DNA from: Neocallimastix sp. 'constans'
Taxonomy: Eukaryota
Direction: 5' to 3'
NCBI GenBank assembly: GCA_050613775.1
Contig: JBODTK010000010.1
Location: 310,001-374,000 of the forward strand
DNA: 64,000 nucleotides
Shown here: positions 1-14,245 of the stretch, in pieces
Position numbering within the stretch: the stretch's first letter is position 1
Layout: each line of letters opens with the position of its first letter
The notes under the pieces: model-generated
Seen by the model: the letters and a program-made list of their open reading frames with translations, nothing else
Told to the model about the DNA's origin: nothing
Databases searched by the model: none
Translations under genes and position numbers: made by a program

Positions 1-1737
1 TTTCAACTTTTATGTTTATTATTTATTTATATTACAAAATATATATAAGATAATACTTTTTATTTTACACTTAACTTTTGAATATAATTAAATAATTGAT
101 TTTTGAATATAATTCAAAAATCAATTATTTAAAGTTTCCTTTCATTTTATGAAACATGTCATGTAATATTTATAAATAAATAATAAATTATATTTTTAAT
201 AATGTCACATATGAATAAATTAAATTAATAACAGATATATATATATTATTTAATTTAATATATATAAAATCAATTCATTGAATAGATTAATGAGTATATA
301 TATATAATTTATTACTATATTGAATATATTTCCAAATTAGTATAAAATAAAATAAAATATAAAGACGGTTTATTAATAACATACTGTTTAAGTAATACAT
401 TAACGTAAGAGAAATTATTATAAATTATTAGTTAATAATTTATTTCATATTACGTATACATTTTTATTTTTATTTTTAAGAAATTAGAATATAAAAAGTA
501 ATAATTAAAAATTAATTAAATCGATTCTTATATAGATACTTATAATTTTATTCATTATTATAAAAAATATATTAGCATTAATTGTTTTTTTATTTATATT
601 TGGCTTTTTTTTTTTTTTTTTAAATATTAGAATATTTTACATTATGAAAGGTGACAAAAAAAATTTTTTTTAAAGTAGTAATTAAAATAAAAAAAAAAAA
701 GCCAATATAAACTATTCTGATTAAATAATTAATAAAATAAAAAAAATATAAAATATAGAATAATAATAATAATAAAAAAATAGAATTCTATATTTTTGAA
801 TTATATATCCGAAGTAAAATATATACCTTTTTAAAATGATAATTAAATAATAATTACTAAAGGAAATCAATGTAATTTAAAATAAATACTTTTTATCAGT
901 GAAAAATTATGATTTATTTCAAAAACTACATTTAATATAAATTATTTTTTATTTAGTGAATAGAATAGAAAAATTTATTTATTAGTAGTATTAATTTAAT
1001 TATATTATTTATACGTTATATAATTACAACTACATTTACGTAAAGATCATATTGTAGAATAATCTAATATATATTAATTTAATATAATTATTAATCTATT
1101 ATATTGAAACATCTATTGTTTATTATATAATTTAATATATACTAGAACATATTTAAAATTATATAATTGATTATATTTTATAATATATTATTCTATAACA
1201 ATTTTTTTTTTTTGTATTTTCATATTTTAAGCAAAAAAAATTTTTTATATTCCTTTATTTATAATTATTTATAAAATAATAATAAAAAATTAAAAATAAA
1301 TAATAAATAAATAAATATAAAATATAAAAATATATAATTAAAATAGAAAAGATTTAGATTTTAATCTTTTTTCTTTTAATATAATATTTAAAATATTTTT
1401 ATATGTGTTAGAAGAAAACAATCTTATATTGGAAAATCTTGTTGTATAATATAAGAAGTAATAATCTATTCTTTTTATTTTTTTTTTCTTATTGTTATAT
1501 ATAATTTTTATTATATTATTTTATTTATTTACTTTTGACACTTTAGATTTATTTTACATAAGTAATTACATAATCAATTATAATCTAAATTTTACAAAAC
1601 ATTGGGAATAAAAGTACAACGCATTTAAACTTCAAATAATATAGAGACAAAATTATACGATTTTAATTACGATAAAATGTCAATAAACAATATCTTATTA
1701 AATCTCATTAAATTTTATAAATATTTTTTAAATCATA

Positions 1738-1785
<48 letters not shown>

Positions 1786-2691
1786 AATCGCGTATATAAG
1801 TAATAAATAAAAATAAATAAATAAAATATATATATTTAATTTACAAAGAGAATTTTAAAATATTCAGTAATTCCAAAAAGTAAATAATAAAAATAATAAT
1901 AATAAATGCTTCAAGAGGTTTATTATATACATTATGTTATTGAATAAAATTTTATATAAATTTAAATTTGAAACAAAAATCAAAATAAAATATTATTACA
2001 AGTCAATAATAAATGAAATGAAATTGCCATAATTTTATTTATTATTTAATTCAATATTAAAACAATTTTAATAAATTTCCATATTGAATATTATACGACA
2101 TTTAGCTTTTATAGTACAAATGTTTAGAAATATATATAGCATGTGTGTGTTAATATTGATTTTTTTTTTTTTTTTAAAAAAAAAAAATAAAAATAAAAAG
2201 AATTACGAGCCTCGTGAAAAATAATCATATTTAAATATAATACAATTTACATAGATATATAATTTAAATTTTAAAAATCTTGAAATTTTTAAAAAAGTAA
2301 ACTATCGAAATTTAAGCTTTATAAAACAATAAATAAAATATTATATTTAATAAACAATATTATCATTGGAATGAAATTTCAAAATGAAATCACAGGAAAT
2401 AATATATAAAATTTAAAAATAATTGATAATAATAACAATAATAAACTTTAAAATAATAATAAATTAAATTTAATATAATAGATATAAAATAAGGAATTTA
2501 TGAATATGAAATTATGATTTCCATAATTATATAAATTTTGAAATAAAATCAACTTTTTATAATATTTTTTAATATATAAATATTCAAAAATATTAAAATA
2601 ATTTATATTAATTTATTTAAACCATTTATATATATTTCGAAATTTATAAATAATTTTTGTTACCAAAATAGATAAAGAAAAAAAATTAAAC

Positions 2692-4389
2692 ATGTCCACT
2701 AATCAAGGTTTTCTCATGCGCCATTTGGTTGACATGAGAGTTGGTAACAAATACAAGATTGGCAAAAAGTTAGGTAGTGGTAGTTTTGGTGAAATTCATT
2801 TAGGTAAATATCACTCAATGTATAAAATTAAAATATTAAGGTGATTAAAAATTATATTAATTTTTTTTTTTTTTTTTTTTAATATAATAATAATCTTTAT
2901 AATATATTAGGAACTAATTTAATTACTGGAGAAGATATTGCTATTAAGATTGAACCAGTTGCAACTAGACACCCTCAATTAGAATATGAAACCAAAGTTT
3001 ATAAATGTTTAGCTGGTGGTGGTAAGATGAATAATTTTATATTTTGTTTTTAAATATCTATATATATTATTTTAATTTTTATTTTTTTCTTATTATTTAT
3101 TTTTTTTTATAATTTCTTAATATATTTTTTTATTTATATATTTAATTTATTTATATTTATTATTTTATAATATATATATATTTTTTTATAAATATTTAAA
3201 TACAACTTTTTTAATCTTATTGAAAAAAATATTATTATAATTTAATACATATACATAATAAATTAACAAATAATTATAACTCGTTATTGTAATATTGATA
3301 ATAAATTTATGTAATATTTATTGAAATTTAATAATAGTTGGTATACCATTTGTTCGTTGGTTCGGTACTGAATACGACCATAACTTTATGGTAATGGATT
3401 TGCTTGGTCCAAGTTTAGAAGATCTTTTCAATTTCTGTCATCGAAAATTTTCTCTTAAAACAGTTTTACTTTTAGCTGATCAATTAGTATGCAATTTACT
3501 GTATTCATATTTTAATTTTTTTTTTTATAATTAAGTATAAATATGTAAGCTAATATATTTTATAAAATTATATAGCTTTCTAGAATTGAGTATATTCACT
3601 CAAAGAATTTCATTCATAGAGATATTAAACCAGGTAAATTTAATATTAAAAAAAAAAAAAAAAAATATTTTAATATAAAATGTATATATTTTATTAATAC
3701 AGGTTTTATTAAAATATATAATTATAAAAAAATTAGATAATTTCCTTATGGGTTTAGGAAAACGTTCAAACCAAGTTAATGTTATTGATTTTGGTTTAGC
3801 AAAAAGATATAGAGATCCAAAAACCCATTTACACATTCCATATAGAGAAAACAAGAATTTAACTGGTACTGCAAGATATGCCAGTGTCAATACACATCTT
3901 GGTGTTGGTAAGTTAACTTTTTAAATATAATGTTTTTCTAAAGATAAAAAAATAAAACAAAAAAAATTTTTTTTTTTTTTAAAATTTATAATATATATAT
4001 TTGTAATTAAATATAAATTTTATTTTATATACATATATCATATTTTTAAAGAACAATCTCGTAGAGATGATCTTGAATCTCTTGGTTATGTTTTAATGTA
4101 CTTCTGTAGAGGATCATTACCATGGCAAGGATTAAAGGCCATAAATAAGAAACAAAAATATGACCGTATTATGGAAAAGAAAATGACTACACCAACTGAA
4201 ATTTTATGTAGAGGTTTCCCTAATGAATTTGCCATTTATTTAAATTATACCCGATCCTTACGTTTCGATGATAAACCAGATTATGCTTATTTAAGAAAAT
4301 TATTCAGAGATCTTTTTGTAAGAAAAGGTTATTATTATGATTACGTTTTCGATTGGACCGTTGTAAAATATCAAAATATGGAAGGATAA
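2692..4389 (+). CDS. Casein kinase I (HRR25/CK1 delta-like), 6 exons, 312 aa
   Basis: Exons 2692-2803, 2911-3021, 3338-3486, 3576-3633, 3737-3907, 4052-4389, all GT-AG, total 939 nt. Motifs [55 protein letters not shown] and [13 protein letters not shown] are CK1 family hallmarks. Confidence 0.96.
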
Positions 4390-4513
4390 ATAAACAAATT
4401 AAAAAAAAAAATGATATTAAATAAGCAAATTATTTTTATTATTTTTTTTAATATATATATATATATATATAAAAGAGTAATCATAAATAAATCTTTTTAA
4501 TCTTTTTAATATT

Positions 4514-4544
<31 letters not shown>

Positions 4545-5871
4545 AAATTTTTTTTTTTTTTTTCAAAAAATAGAAATGTGAAGATAAATGAAATTTTTAA
4601 ATAAAAAAAAAAATGAAGACACTAAACAAATAGGTTTTTAATTAACTTAAAAAAAAAAGTTGTAAAAAATTTTATTCATAAATTTTTTTAAATAAAAATC
4701 AATTATCTTTTTTTTATTTTTCTTTTTTTCAAAAATTAGTTAAAGAAAAATTATCAATAATCCTTATTAAATTCTAATTTTTTTTATAAATTTATAAATC
4801 ATTAAAAATTAAAAATAAAATAAAAATAAAAAAAAAAAAAAAAAAAAAAATATTAAAAAAAAAAAAACATTTTTATTATATATTTTAATTTAACCATTTT
4901 TATTATGATAAAATTATATTATAATAAATAATTAAAAAGAAAGTTTATTTGTTAATAAACTTTTATTATTACTTATAGTAAAACATATATATATATACAT
5001 TGCTATTTATTTTATTTGTTTATTTTATTTTATTTACTTATTTTTATACTTATTTTATTCATTGATTTAATATTCATTTTTATACTTAATATATATATAT
5101 AATATATAAAATTATAAATTAATTTATTATAATTATAAATTAATAAATACTTTTTGAAAATTATTATTTTAGTTATTATTTTTTAAAACTTTTAAACTAA
5201 AACTAAAGAGGAGATATATATTTAATAATAAAATTATGACAAATTCTTAATGTATGTATTATTATTTGTGCAGTATAATTATAAATAAAATAAATAAAAA
5301 AAATAAAAAATATTTTTGTAATAATTATTTATTTGTTTTTTCTTTTCATATAATTTACTTAATCATCCATCATTAATAATCGAATTGGTTAAAAAAGAGT
5401 GAAGGAAAATTAAAAAAAAAAAAAAAAGAATAAATAAATAAATAATAAGAAGGAAATAAAAAAAAAAATAAAATACAATAAAAAAGGAAAATAAACCAAA
5501 AAATACTGCTAATAATAATATTATTATTATTATTTTTTTAAAAAAGATAAATAAACATATAAAACAATTATATTAATTATATTATTGTCAATCTAACAAT
5601 ATAAGAATTGTAAATAAATCATCCTTGTATCATAGATCTCAAAATTCAAAATATAATTCAAAACGAACCTATAATCAATTTAACAAAAAAAAAAAAATAA
5701 TAATAATAAGCAATATAATTAATTATAAGCTAAATAAACAAAAATTTATATTAAAAATTATTTAAAACTTTTTTCAAAATCACGTATTTTTTTTTCCTAA
5801 ATAAATAATTCAAGCTGGAGCACATAAATAACGAGTTAAAAGATTTAAAATCCAAGTATTTGGATAATAGA

Positions 5872-8504
5872 ATGAATAAAAAAAATACTTCGGATGCGAA
5901 GTATTTTCAAAGAGGTAAAATTTTTATTTTTTTTTTTATTTTATAATTCATATATAATTCATATATTTATATTTATTTATTATTTATTTATTTATTTATT
6001 ATTATTGTTTTCTTTTGTCTATCTTAAAATTTTTTTCTATTACGGAATATATGTACTTTTATATTTTCAATATATATTATAAATTAAATTTATAATTAAA
6101 CATATAATATAAATAAAATTTTTTAAAAATAAAAAATAATGACATTTTGAAATTTTTGATACATAAAAATATAATTAAAATAATATATTATTAAATTTTG
6201 TTAATTATCGAGGATTTTCAATAATTCAAACTTATAAAAATTAATTTAAATATATTCATATATTTAAAAATAATATAATTTTAATAAAATATATCATTTT
6301 TTTAATGATATATTATAATTTTTTAATTAATTCCATTTTAAAAGAACTGAGAATATAATATTTATTTTATTATTTTTTTTATTGATAATAATAATAAAAA
6401 AAAAATATTTCAAACAAATAGGTAAAATCCAGGAATTAAAAGCAGAATTAAAATCGGAAAAAAAAGACCCAAAATTTACTAGAAAGAAGAATGTCTTAAA
6501 GAAGATTGTTGCTAATATGACAATGGGGAATGATATGTCACCACTTTTCCCAGATGTCTTAGTTTGTATGGATATTCCTGTTTTAGAAATCAAGAAAATG
6601 GTTTATTTATATTTAATTCATTACGCTAGAAATAAACCAGAAATGATTTTAATGTCTTTAAAATCTTTTACTAAAGTAAATTTAAAAAAAAATATATCTA
6701 TATTGTTTTGTTTTGTTTTTTGTTTTTTTGTTTGAATATAATAATATTTAATTATAATATAATTTTTAAAAATATATATTCAAATCATTAATTCAATTAA
6801 TATACTATAATATAAATATATTAATAGGATGTTAGTAGTAATAATCCATTAATTAGAGCTATGGCTATTAGAACTATGGGCTATATGCCAGTGGATAAAA
6901 TTATAGGATGTTTAGGTAAACCATTACATGATTGTTTACAAGATCGTGATCCATATGTTAGAAAAACGGCTGCTCTTTGTGTTCCAAAACTTTTCATGGA
7001 TGATCCAATACTTGTTGAAAAAGAAGGCTATTTAAATCAATTAAAAGACTTGTTAAATGATAACAATTCAACGGTATTTTAATATTATTTATTATTATAT
7101 ATTAAAAAAAATTTTTTTTTTTTAAATAAATAAATAATAATAAAAAAAATTAGTAATAATAATTATATTTATTAATATATTTAATAAAATAAATAAAATA
7201 AAATAAAATAAAATAATAAAAAAAAAAATTGATAGGTTGTTGCATCAGCTATTGCTGGATTAATTGAAATTGCTGATAGGTCAGAAAAATTTGATTTATC
7301 TATTAATTTTAATTTAGCTAACAAACTTTTAGTAGCTATGAATGATTGTACTGAGTAAGTAATAATGATGTATATTCAAAAAAAAAAAAATAAAAATAAA
7401 TAAAATAAATGCAATACTAATAATTAATTAATTAAAATAAATATAAACAATAAAAAAATAATAGATGGGGTCAAACCTATATTCTTGAGGCAATGATGTT
7501 CCATGTCCCACAAGCACATCAAGATGCTGAATTACTTGCTGAAAGAATTGTACCAAGGTTACAACATGCTAACGCTGCTGTTGTTTTAACTTCTGTTAAA
7601 GTTATCGTTTACTTAATGAACTATATGAGTAATGAAGAAGTCATAAATAATTTATACAAAAAACTTGGCCCACCAATGGGTAAATAAAATATTTTTAAAA
7701 ATTATATAATATTTTCCTATATATTATTATAATTTATTTATTTAATATAATAATATAAAAATCAACTCTATCTTTAATTTTTCTGAACATAAAATATATA
7801 TTATTAAATATTGATATTAATATTTTGAATATTTCTTAAATAATTGTTATGAAATTATATTTTAAAAAAAAAAAAAAAAAAAAATAAAGTTACATTATTA
7901 CATAGTGGTTATGAAATTCAATATGTTGCTTTAAGAAATATTTTATTAATTATACAACGTAGACCAGACTTCTTGAATAATGAACTTAAAGTATTCTTCT
8001 GTAAATATAATGATCCAATTTATGTAAAATTAGCAAAATTAGAAATTATTATTCGTTTAACCAACATTAGAAATGTTTCACAAGTTCTTTCTGAATTAGA
8101 AGAGTAAATATTGTATACTTTTTTTTTTAAAAAAAAAAATAAAATAATGATAATAACAAAAATAATAATAATAAATGGCAAAAATAAACAAATAAAATAA
8201 ATTAAATTTTTATAAAGCAATAATTAAATAATAATAATTATTAATTTAAATAAATAATTTTAATAGATATTCATCTGAAGTTGATGTTGGTTTTGTTAGA
8301 AAATCTGTACGTTCTATTGGTAGATGTGCTATTAAGATTCCAGAAGCTACTGATGAATGTATTGACGTTTTAATTAGATTAATACATACTAAGGTTGATT
8401 ACGTTGTTCAAGAAGCTGTCGTTGTTATTAGGGTAAGCGATTTTAATATTTTAATTTATATAAATACTTAAGATTGATAATTATGATTAAATATTTATTT
8501 ATAT

Positions 8505-8549
<45 letters not shown>

Positions 8550-9589
8550 GGATATTTTCAGAAAGTATCCAAATAGATACGAAAGTATTATTGGTATTCT
8601 TTGTGAAAATTTAGATAGTTTAGATGAACCAGAAGCTAAGGCATCTATGATTTGGATTATTGGTCAATATTCTGATCGTATTCAAAATGCGGATGAATTA
8701 TTAGACAATTTCTTAGAAACGTTTAAGGAAGAAGCAACTGAAGTAATATATTATATTATTAATATTATACACAATAAATGAAATTGGGATTAATTAATTT
8801 TTAATTCCATTTTATTATATAATTATTATCATTGTTGTTATTATTCATGTCATTAACTATTTAAATAAATTTAAAAAAAAAAAATTATTGTAAAAAAATC
8901 ATTAATTAATAAGGTTCAACTTTCACTTCTTACTGCTATTGTTAAGCTATTCATTAAAAGACCAACAGTTGGTCAAGCTTTAGTTCCAAAGGTATTGAAA
9001 TGGGCTACTGAAGATGTGGATAATCCAGATTTAAGAGATCGTGCCTATATTTACTGGAGATTATTATCTAGTGATCCAGTTGCTGCTAAAGTAATATATA
9101 TTTTATATTTAATTATTAAATAATTTATAAAATTTATTAGTTATTATATTATCATTAAATTTATTTTATATATACATTAACTAAATATGATTTTATTATT
9201 AATCTTTCTATATATATATATAAATAAATATATTTAATTGATTTATTTTTAATATTTAACAATTTAAAGGCAATTGTTTTAAGTGAAAGACCAGCAATTA
9301 CCACTGAAGTTGAAGATATGGATTGGAACTTATTAGATGATCTTTTATTAAATATATCAAGTTTAGCATCAATTTACCACAAGCCACCAAGCAACTTTAT
9401 TAATGGAATAAAATCAAGAAAATTAATTCAATCACCAGCCTTAAATCCAAATATTCATATGCAACAACAAAAAACATTTAACTTTGATGAAGATGAAAAG
9501 TATACTAAATATTATTATTAATTTTTAATTTTATATTATATATATATATATATATATATAAGACATTTATAATTAATAATCCATGTTTT

Positions 9590-9621
<32 letters not shown>

Positions 9622-11571
9622 GTTTCTTTTAATTTTTAAATATACTTTAATTTTATATAAATATATATATATTATTTTAACTTTTTTGATTTTATCAAAA
9701 AATTTAATAAATCAATTTTTTAATCATAAAAAGTCAAAATATCTATAACAATGTTAATAATCCATATTCTATGAACGATGTTGAACCAATGAATGGAAAC
9801 CAAATTGATTTGTTAGAAATTGAAAATGCAGAACAAAATAATGAATCTCCTCAAATTGAAACAGAAGACATCTCTTCAAAGAATGACGACCAATTCAAGG
9901 TTAAGGAAAATATGACACCTACTAACTTTGGATCAGGTAGCTTCAAAATTAATAGCGATTTACTTGGATTAGATATGAATGTTACTGAACCAAATCAAAA
10001 TATGAACAATATGAACAATAATCAATTTAATAACATGAACTTCATGAATAGCAACATGAATAATGTGAATAATATGAATAACATGAATAACATGAATAAT
10101 ATGAATAATATAAACAATATGAATAATATGAATATGAACAATATGAATAATATGAACAATATGAACAATATGAATAATATGAATAATATGAACAATATGA
10201 ATAATATGAATAATATGAATAATATGAATAATATGAATAATATGAATAATATGAATAATATGAATAATATGAATAATATGAATAATATGAACAATATGAA
10301 CAATATGAACAATATGAATAATATGAATAATATGAATCCAAATATTAACCTTATTACTGATGGTATGAATAATATAAATATCAATAATCAAAATAACATC
10401 AATGAATCATATGTTCCAAATAAGTCTACTTTCTTACAATCACAAAATGGAAATGGTATGCAAATCATTGGTACTTTTGCTAGAAGAAAAGGACAAATGC
10501 AAATGGATCTTGTATTTAATAATTTATCTCAACAGCCATTAAGTGGATTTGCTATTCAATTTAATAAGAACAGGTAAAATTTTAAAGTATAATAATTAAA
10601 AAATAATTAAAAATAGTAATAATAATAATAATAATAATAATGTATTTTTATATTATTATTATATCGTATTTTATAAAAATCAATGATTTTTATATTTATA
10701 TTTATATTTATATTTATATATATCATATATATTTTTTATTTAAAATAATATATTATGTATTTATGTATTATCAATTTATATATATATATATATATTTTTT
10801 ATTTTTTTTTTTTTCTTTCATCTTCTTCGTCTTTTCTCCTATTTTAATAAATTAAATAATAAAAAGTTTTGGTATTACCCCATCAAATTCATTAAATATT
10901 AATGGTCAATTAAATCCAAATGATTCAGTAGAAACTGTACTTGAATTAAATAAGAATGGACCAGTACAACAAATGACACCAATCAACAATTTACAAATTG
11001 CTGTCAAGAATAATACAGGTATTTATTATTTCCAAACTTTGGTACCAATTCATATTTTATTCGTTGAATCAGGTAAATTAGAACAAGATGAATGGTTCAA
11101 AAACTGGCAAGATAATTCATTAAATGAATATAAATATAATATTGCTAATTTGAATAAATACGCTGATATTAAGGAAATTGTTGATAAACTTCAAATAAAT
11201 AATGTATTTTGTATTGCTGAACGCTATGTTAATAACATGGTAAGTTTTTTTTTTTTTTTTAAATAAATAAATAAACAATTGAATAGAATCAAATAATAGA
11301 ATATATTTATTTCATCACTTATTATTTAAATAATTTCAATATTAATTTTTTTCTATTTATTATTATATTATTATGCAAATTTTTATTAAAATAATTTTAA
11401 ATATTATAGAATGTATTATATTTATCTGTTAAATTAGAACAAAATGTTATATTTGTTATGGAAATGCTTATTGATCAACCATTAAGAAATGTTAAACTTT
11501 CAACAAAAACTGCTGCTGCATCATTAGTTAGTCCATTCCAAAATGCTATAGAAGAAATTTTAAAATCATAA
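5872..11571 (+). CDS. APL1: Clathrin adaptor beta subunit (beta-adaptin, most like fungal AP-2 beta), 13 exons, 1076 aa
   Basis: Exons 5872-5914, 6422-6675, 6828-7073, 7236-7354, 7465-7679, 7890-8103, 8267-8432, 8551-8742, 8914-9090, 9270-9499, 9734-10573, 10867-11239, 11410-11571, total 3231 nt. Trunk motifs [70 protein letters not shown]; appendage motifs [11 protein letters not shown] and [10 protein letters not shown]-2 versus AP-1 assignment rests on recalled N-terminal resemblance. Confidence 0.9.
10000..10337 (+). repeat. Coding 9-bp tandem repeat (AAYAATATG)n encoding (Asn-Asn-Met)n in the beta-adaptin hinge
   Basis: About 30 near-perfect units visible directly, in frame within exon 11. 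Confidence 0.95.
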
Positions 11572-11592
11572 ATATAATCAAATATTTTAATT

Positions 11593-11742
11593 ATATAAAA
11601 ATCTATAATTAAAAAATAAAAATAAAAAAATAATAATTAAATAATTAAACAAAATTAATAAAATATAAAAATCTATAATTAAAAAATAAAAAATAATAAA
11701 AAAAATAATAATTAAATAATTAAATAAAATAAATAAAATATA
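11593..11742. repeat. About 70-bp tandem duplication just after the beta-adaptin stop codon
   Basis: atataaaaatctataattaaaaaataaa...taataattaaataattaaa occurs twice in tandem (from about 11593 and 11663). Confidence 0.7.
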
Positions 11743-12335
11743 CTATAATGAAACAACTTAATATAATAATTAAATTTATGTGAAAAGAAAAATATATATT
11801 AATTATATATTTTTATATTCATTCAAAAATATATATATATATGTATATATTTTATCCTTTCTAAATTTTAATAATTTAATATTATTTTAAAAATTATTAC
11901 TTTAAATGATTTGGGATATGTCATAATTATATTTATTATTTATTATAATAATATTAAAAATAAATAAATAAATAATAATGATAAATATAATAATTTTAAT
12001 AAAAAAAAAGTAAAATTTTAATATATTATAAAATTTGAATAAAAAAAAAATATATGATAATAAAAAAATAAAAATAATAATAATAATAAAAATTAAATAA
12101 AAATACAAAAAAAAAAAAATTTTTTTTTACAATTCATATTATGAAGTTTTTATTTATTTTTTTATTTTTTATTTTTTTTTTTTTTTTTATTATTATTTTT
12201 TTTATTATTATTTCTTTTTTTTACGATTAATAAATGTATTTAATGGTTCACTATTTAAAACAAATAAAAATATATATATATATATAAATTTATAAATAAT
12301 AAATAATAATAATAATAAAAAATATATATATATAT

Positions 12336-12580
12336 TGTTAAAATTCAACATAATATTTAAACTTTTGTACATTAAAGTATTACAAATATTTATTAAATTT
12401 TGATTATATAATAATTTGTATGTAAAATATAAAAAGAAATTTTTTTTATGAAATTAATATTTTGAGTCTTTTTTTAATACTTTATTAAATCATATAAATT
12501 AATAAATAATAAATAAAATTTAATTAAATAATAATACATTTTGTAGTGTACACATCATATCTTATATTGACTCTTTAACA
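12336..12580 (+). repeat. 5' LTR (245 bp)
   Basis: TG...CA termini; matches 13408-13654 with roughly ten differences by eye. Confidence 0.9.
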
Positions 12581-13328
12581 GATGAAGAATCTCAAATACC
12601 AAGAGACCTATTATTAATTTCAATTTTAATTTTTTAAGATGTTTTAATGATTCTAATTGTTTTAAAATATAATTAAGTATTTTTTTTTTTTATTAGTGTT
12701 TCAAAGAATGGCTAAAAGAAAGAATAACAATAATAATCATATTGAAGACAGTTCGATTTCATCGACTCCAACTGATAATAAGAACAATGAATCGATCTCT
12801 TCTTATGAAGATGATGATTCTAATAATAAAAGAATTATCATGAATAAATATTATGGAAATATAACGAAATCCGTTTTTGAAATTAAAGATTTCATATTAA
12901 ATAATGAAAATTTCTTAGATTGGTATGAAAAAAGCCCTATTTCATGGAAATCTCAGTTACAGGAAAAACGTAACTTTATCTACTGCTGAAGCTGAATTTT
13001 TTAGCTTAACTGAATGTACTAAACTAGCTTTATGGTTCAAAAATTTATTTAAGGAAAATATTTAATCAAGAAATAAAATTTAAAATTATAGTAGATAACA
13101 AAGCATGTATTGCAATTGCTTAGGATACAAATTATATAGGAAGATGTAAGCACATATACTTAAGATATAAATTTATTCAAGAAGAAATTATGAAAAACGA
13201 AATTGAATTAGAATACATTAACACTGAAAACATGTTTGCTGATCCATTAACTAAAAGTATCTCAGGAGTACAAATGACAAATTTTACAAACTTAATTTTC
13301 AAAAAATAATATTTCTTTAATTGTATAT

Positions 13329-13375
<47 letters not shown>

Positions 13376-13407
13376 TGTATATAATAATTAAAATATTATA
13401 TAATGAA

Positions 13408-13654
13408 TGTTAAAAAGTTCAACATAATATTTAAACTTTTGTATATTAAAGTATTATAAATATTTATAATATTTGATTATGTAATAATTTGTATGTAAAA
13501 TATAAAAAGAAATTTTTTTTTATGAAATTAATATTTTGAGTCTTTTTTTAATACTTTATTAAATCATATAAATTAATAAATAATAAATAAAATTTAATTA
13601 AATAATAATACATTTTGTAGTGTACACATCATATCTTATATTGACTCCTTAACA
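13408..13654 (+). repeat. 3' LTR (247 bp)
   Basis: TG...CA termini; direct repeat of 12336-12580. Confidence 0.9.
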
Positions 13655-14143
13655 CATATAAATATATAATAATTTTTTTTTTTTTTTTTTTATGAATTTT
13701 TGAATTTCTTGATATATATTTTTATTTATTTATTATTATTTTTAAATATATATATTATATATAAGTATAGGGTGTAGATATAGATTCTATAAATAAATAA
13801 AATAAAATAAAATAAAAAACTATTAATGATAATTAAAACTAATTGGATAATAAATTAAATAATACCTTATTGAAATTAAAAAGAAAGAAAAAAAAGGAAA
13901 AAATGAAATAAATGAAAAAAAATAAAAAAATTTTTTTTTTTTTTTAAAAAAATCTTTTAAAAATTAAATTAATAAAATGTAATAATTATAAAACTTAATG
14001 TTTTTGTTTAGTTTTTGATATAAAGAAAAACATATATATCATATATATATATATAATAAAATAAAAAAAAATAACAAATTTTTTTTTCTATAATTTAAAA
14101 ATTTTCTTTTTTTCTTTTTTTTGGGGGGAGGAGAAAAGATTTT

Positions 14144-14185
<42 letters not shown>

Positions 14186-14245
14186 CTTTTGTAATATTAT
14201 TGACTTTGTTACTTTGTAAAAAAAAATTAAAGTTAAAATTAAAAT

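Larger units (their letters stand above)
12336..13654 (+). mobile_element. Internally deleted (non-autonomous) Ty1/copia LTR retrotransposon
   Basis: Direct repeats 12336-12580 and 13408-13654, both bounded by TGTTAA...TTAACA; flanks TATAT / CATAT (5-bp TSD with one mismatch). The interior encodes a gag-like N-terminus joined to a disrupted copia RNase H (PISWKSQLQ, VTLSTAEAEF, VDNKACIAIA, RCKHIYLRYKFI, LEYINTENMFADPLTK). Confidence 0.92.

Noticed and set aside
1..2600. Possible genes or RNAs in the first 2.6 kb
   Set aside because: Only AT-rich intergenic sequence with homopolymer runs; no ORF or RNA motif supported.
3600..3890. Minus-strand 96-aa ORF
   Set aside because: Antisense to CK1 exons 4-5 and the intron between them.
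9969..10391. Three minus-strand ORFs (IIH, ILF and YYS repeats)
   Set aside because: Antisense shadows of the NNM repeat in beta-adaptin.
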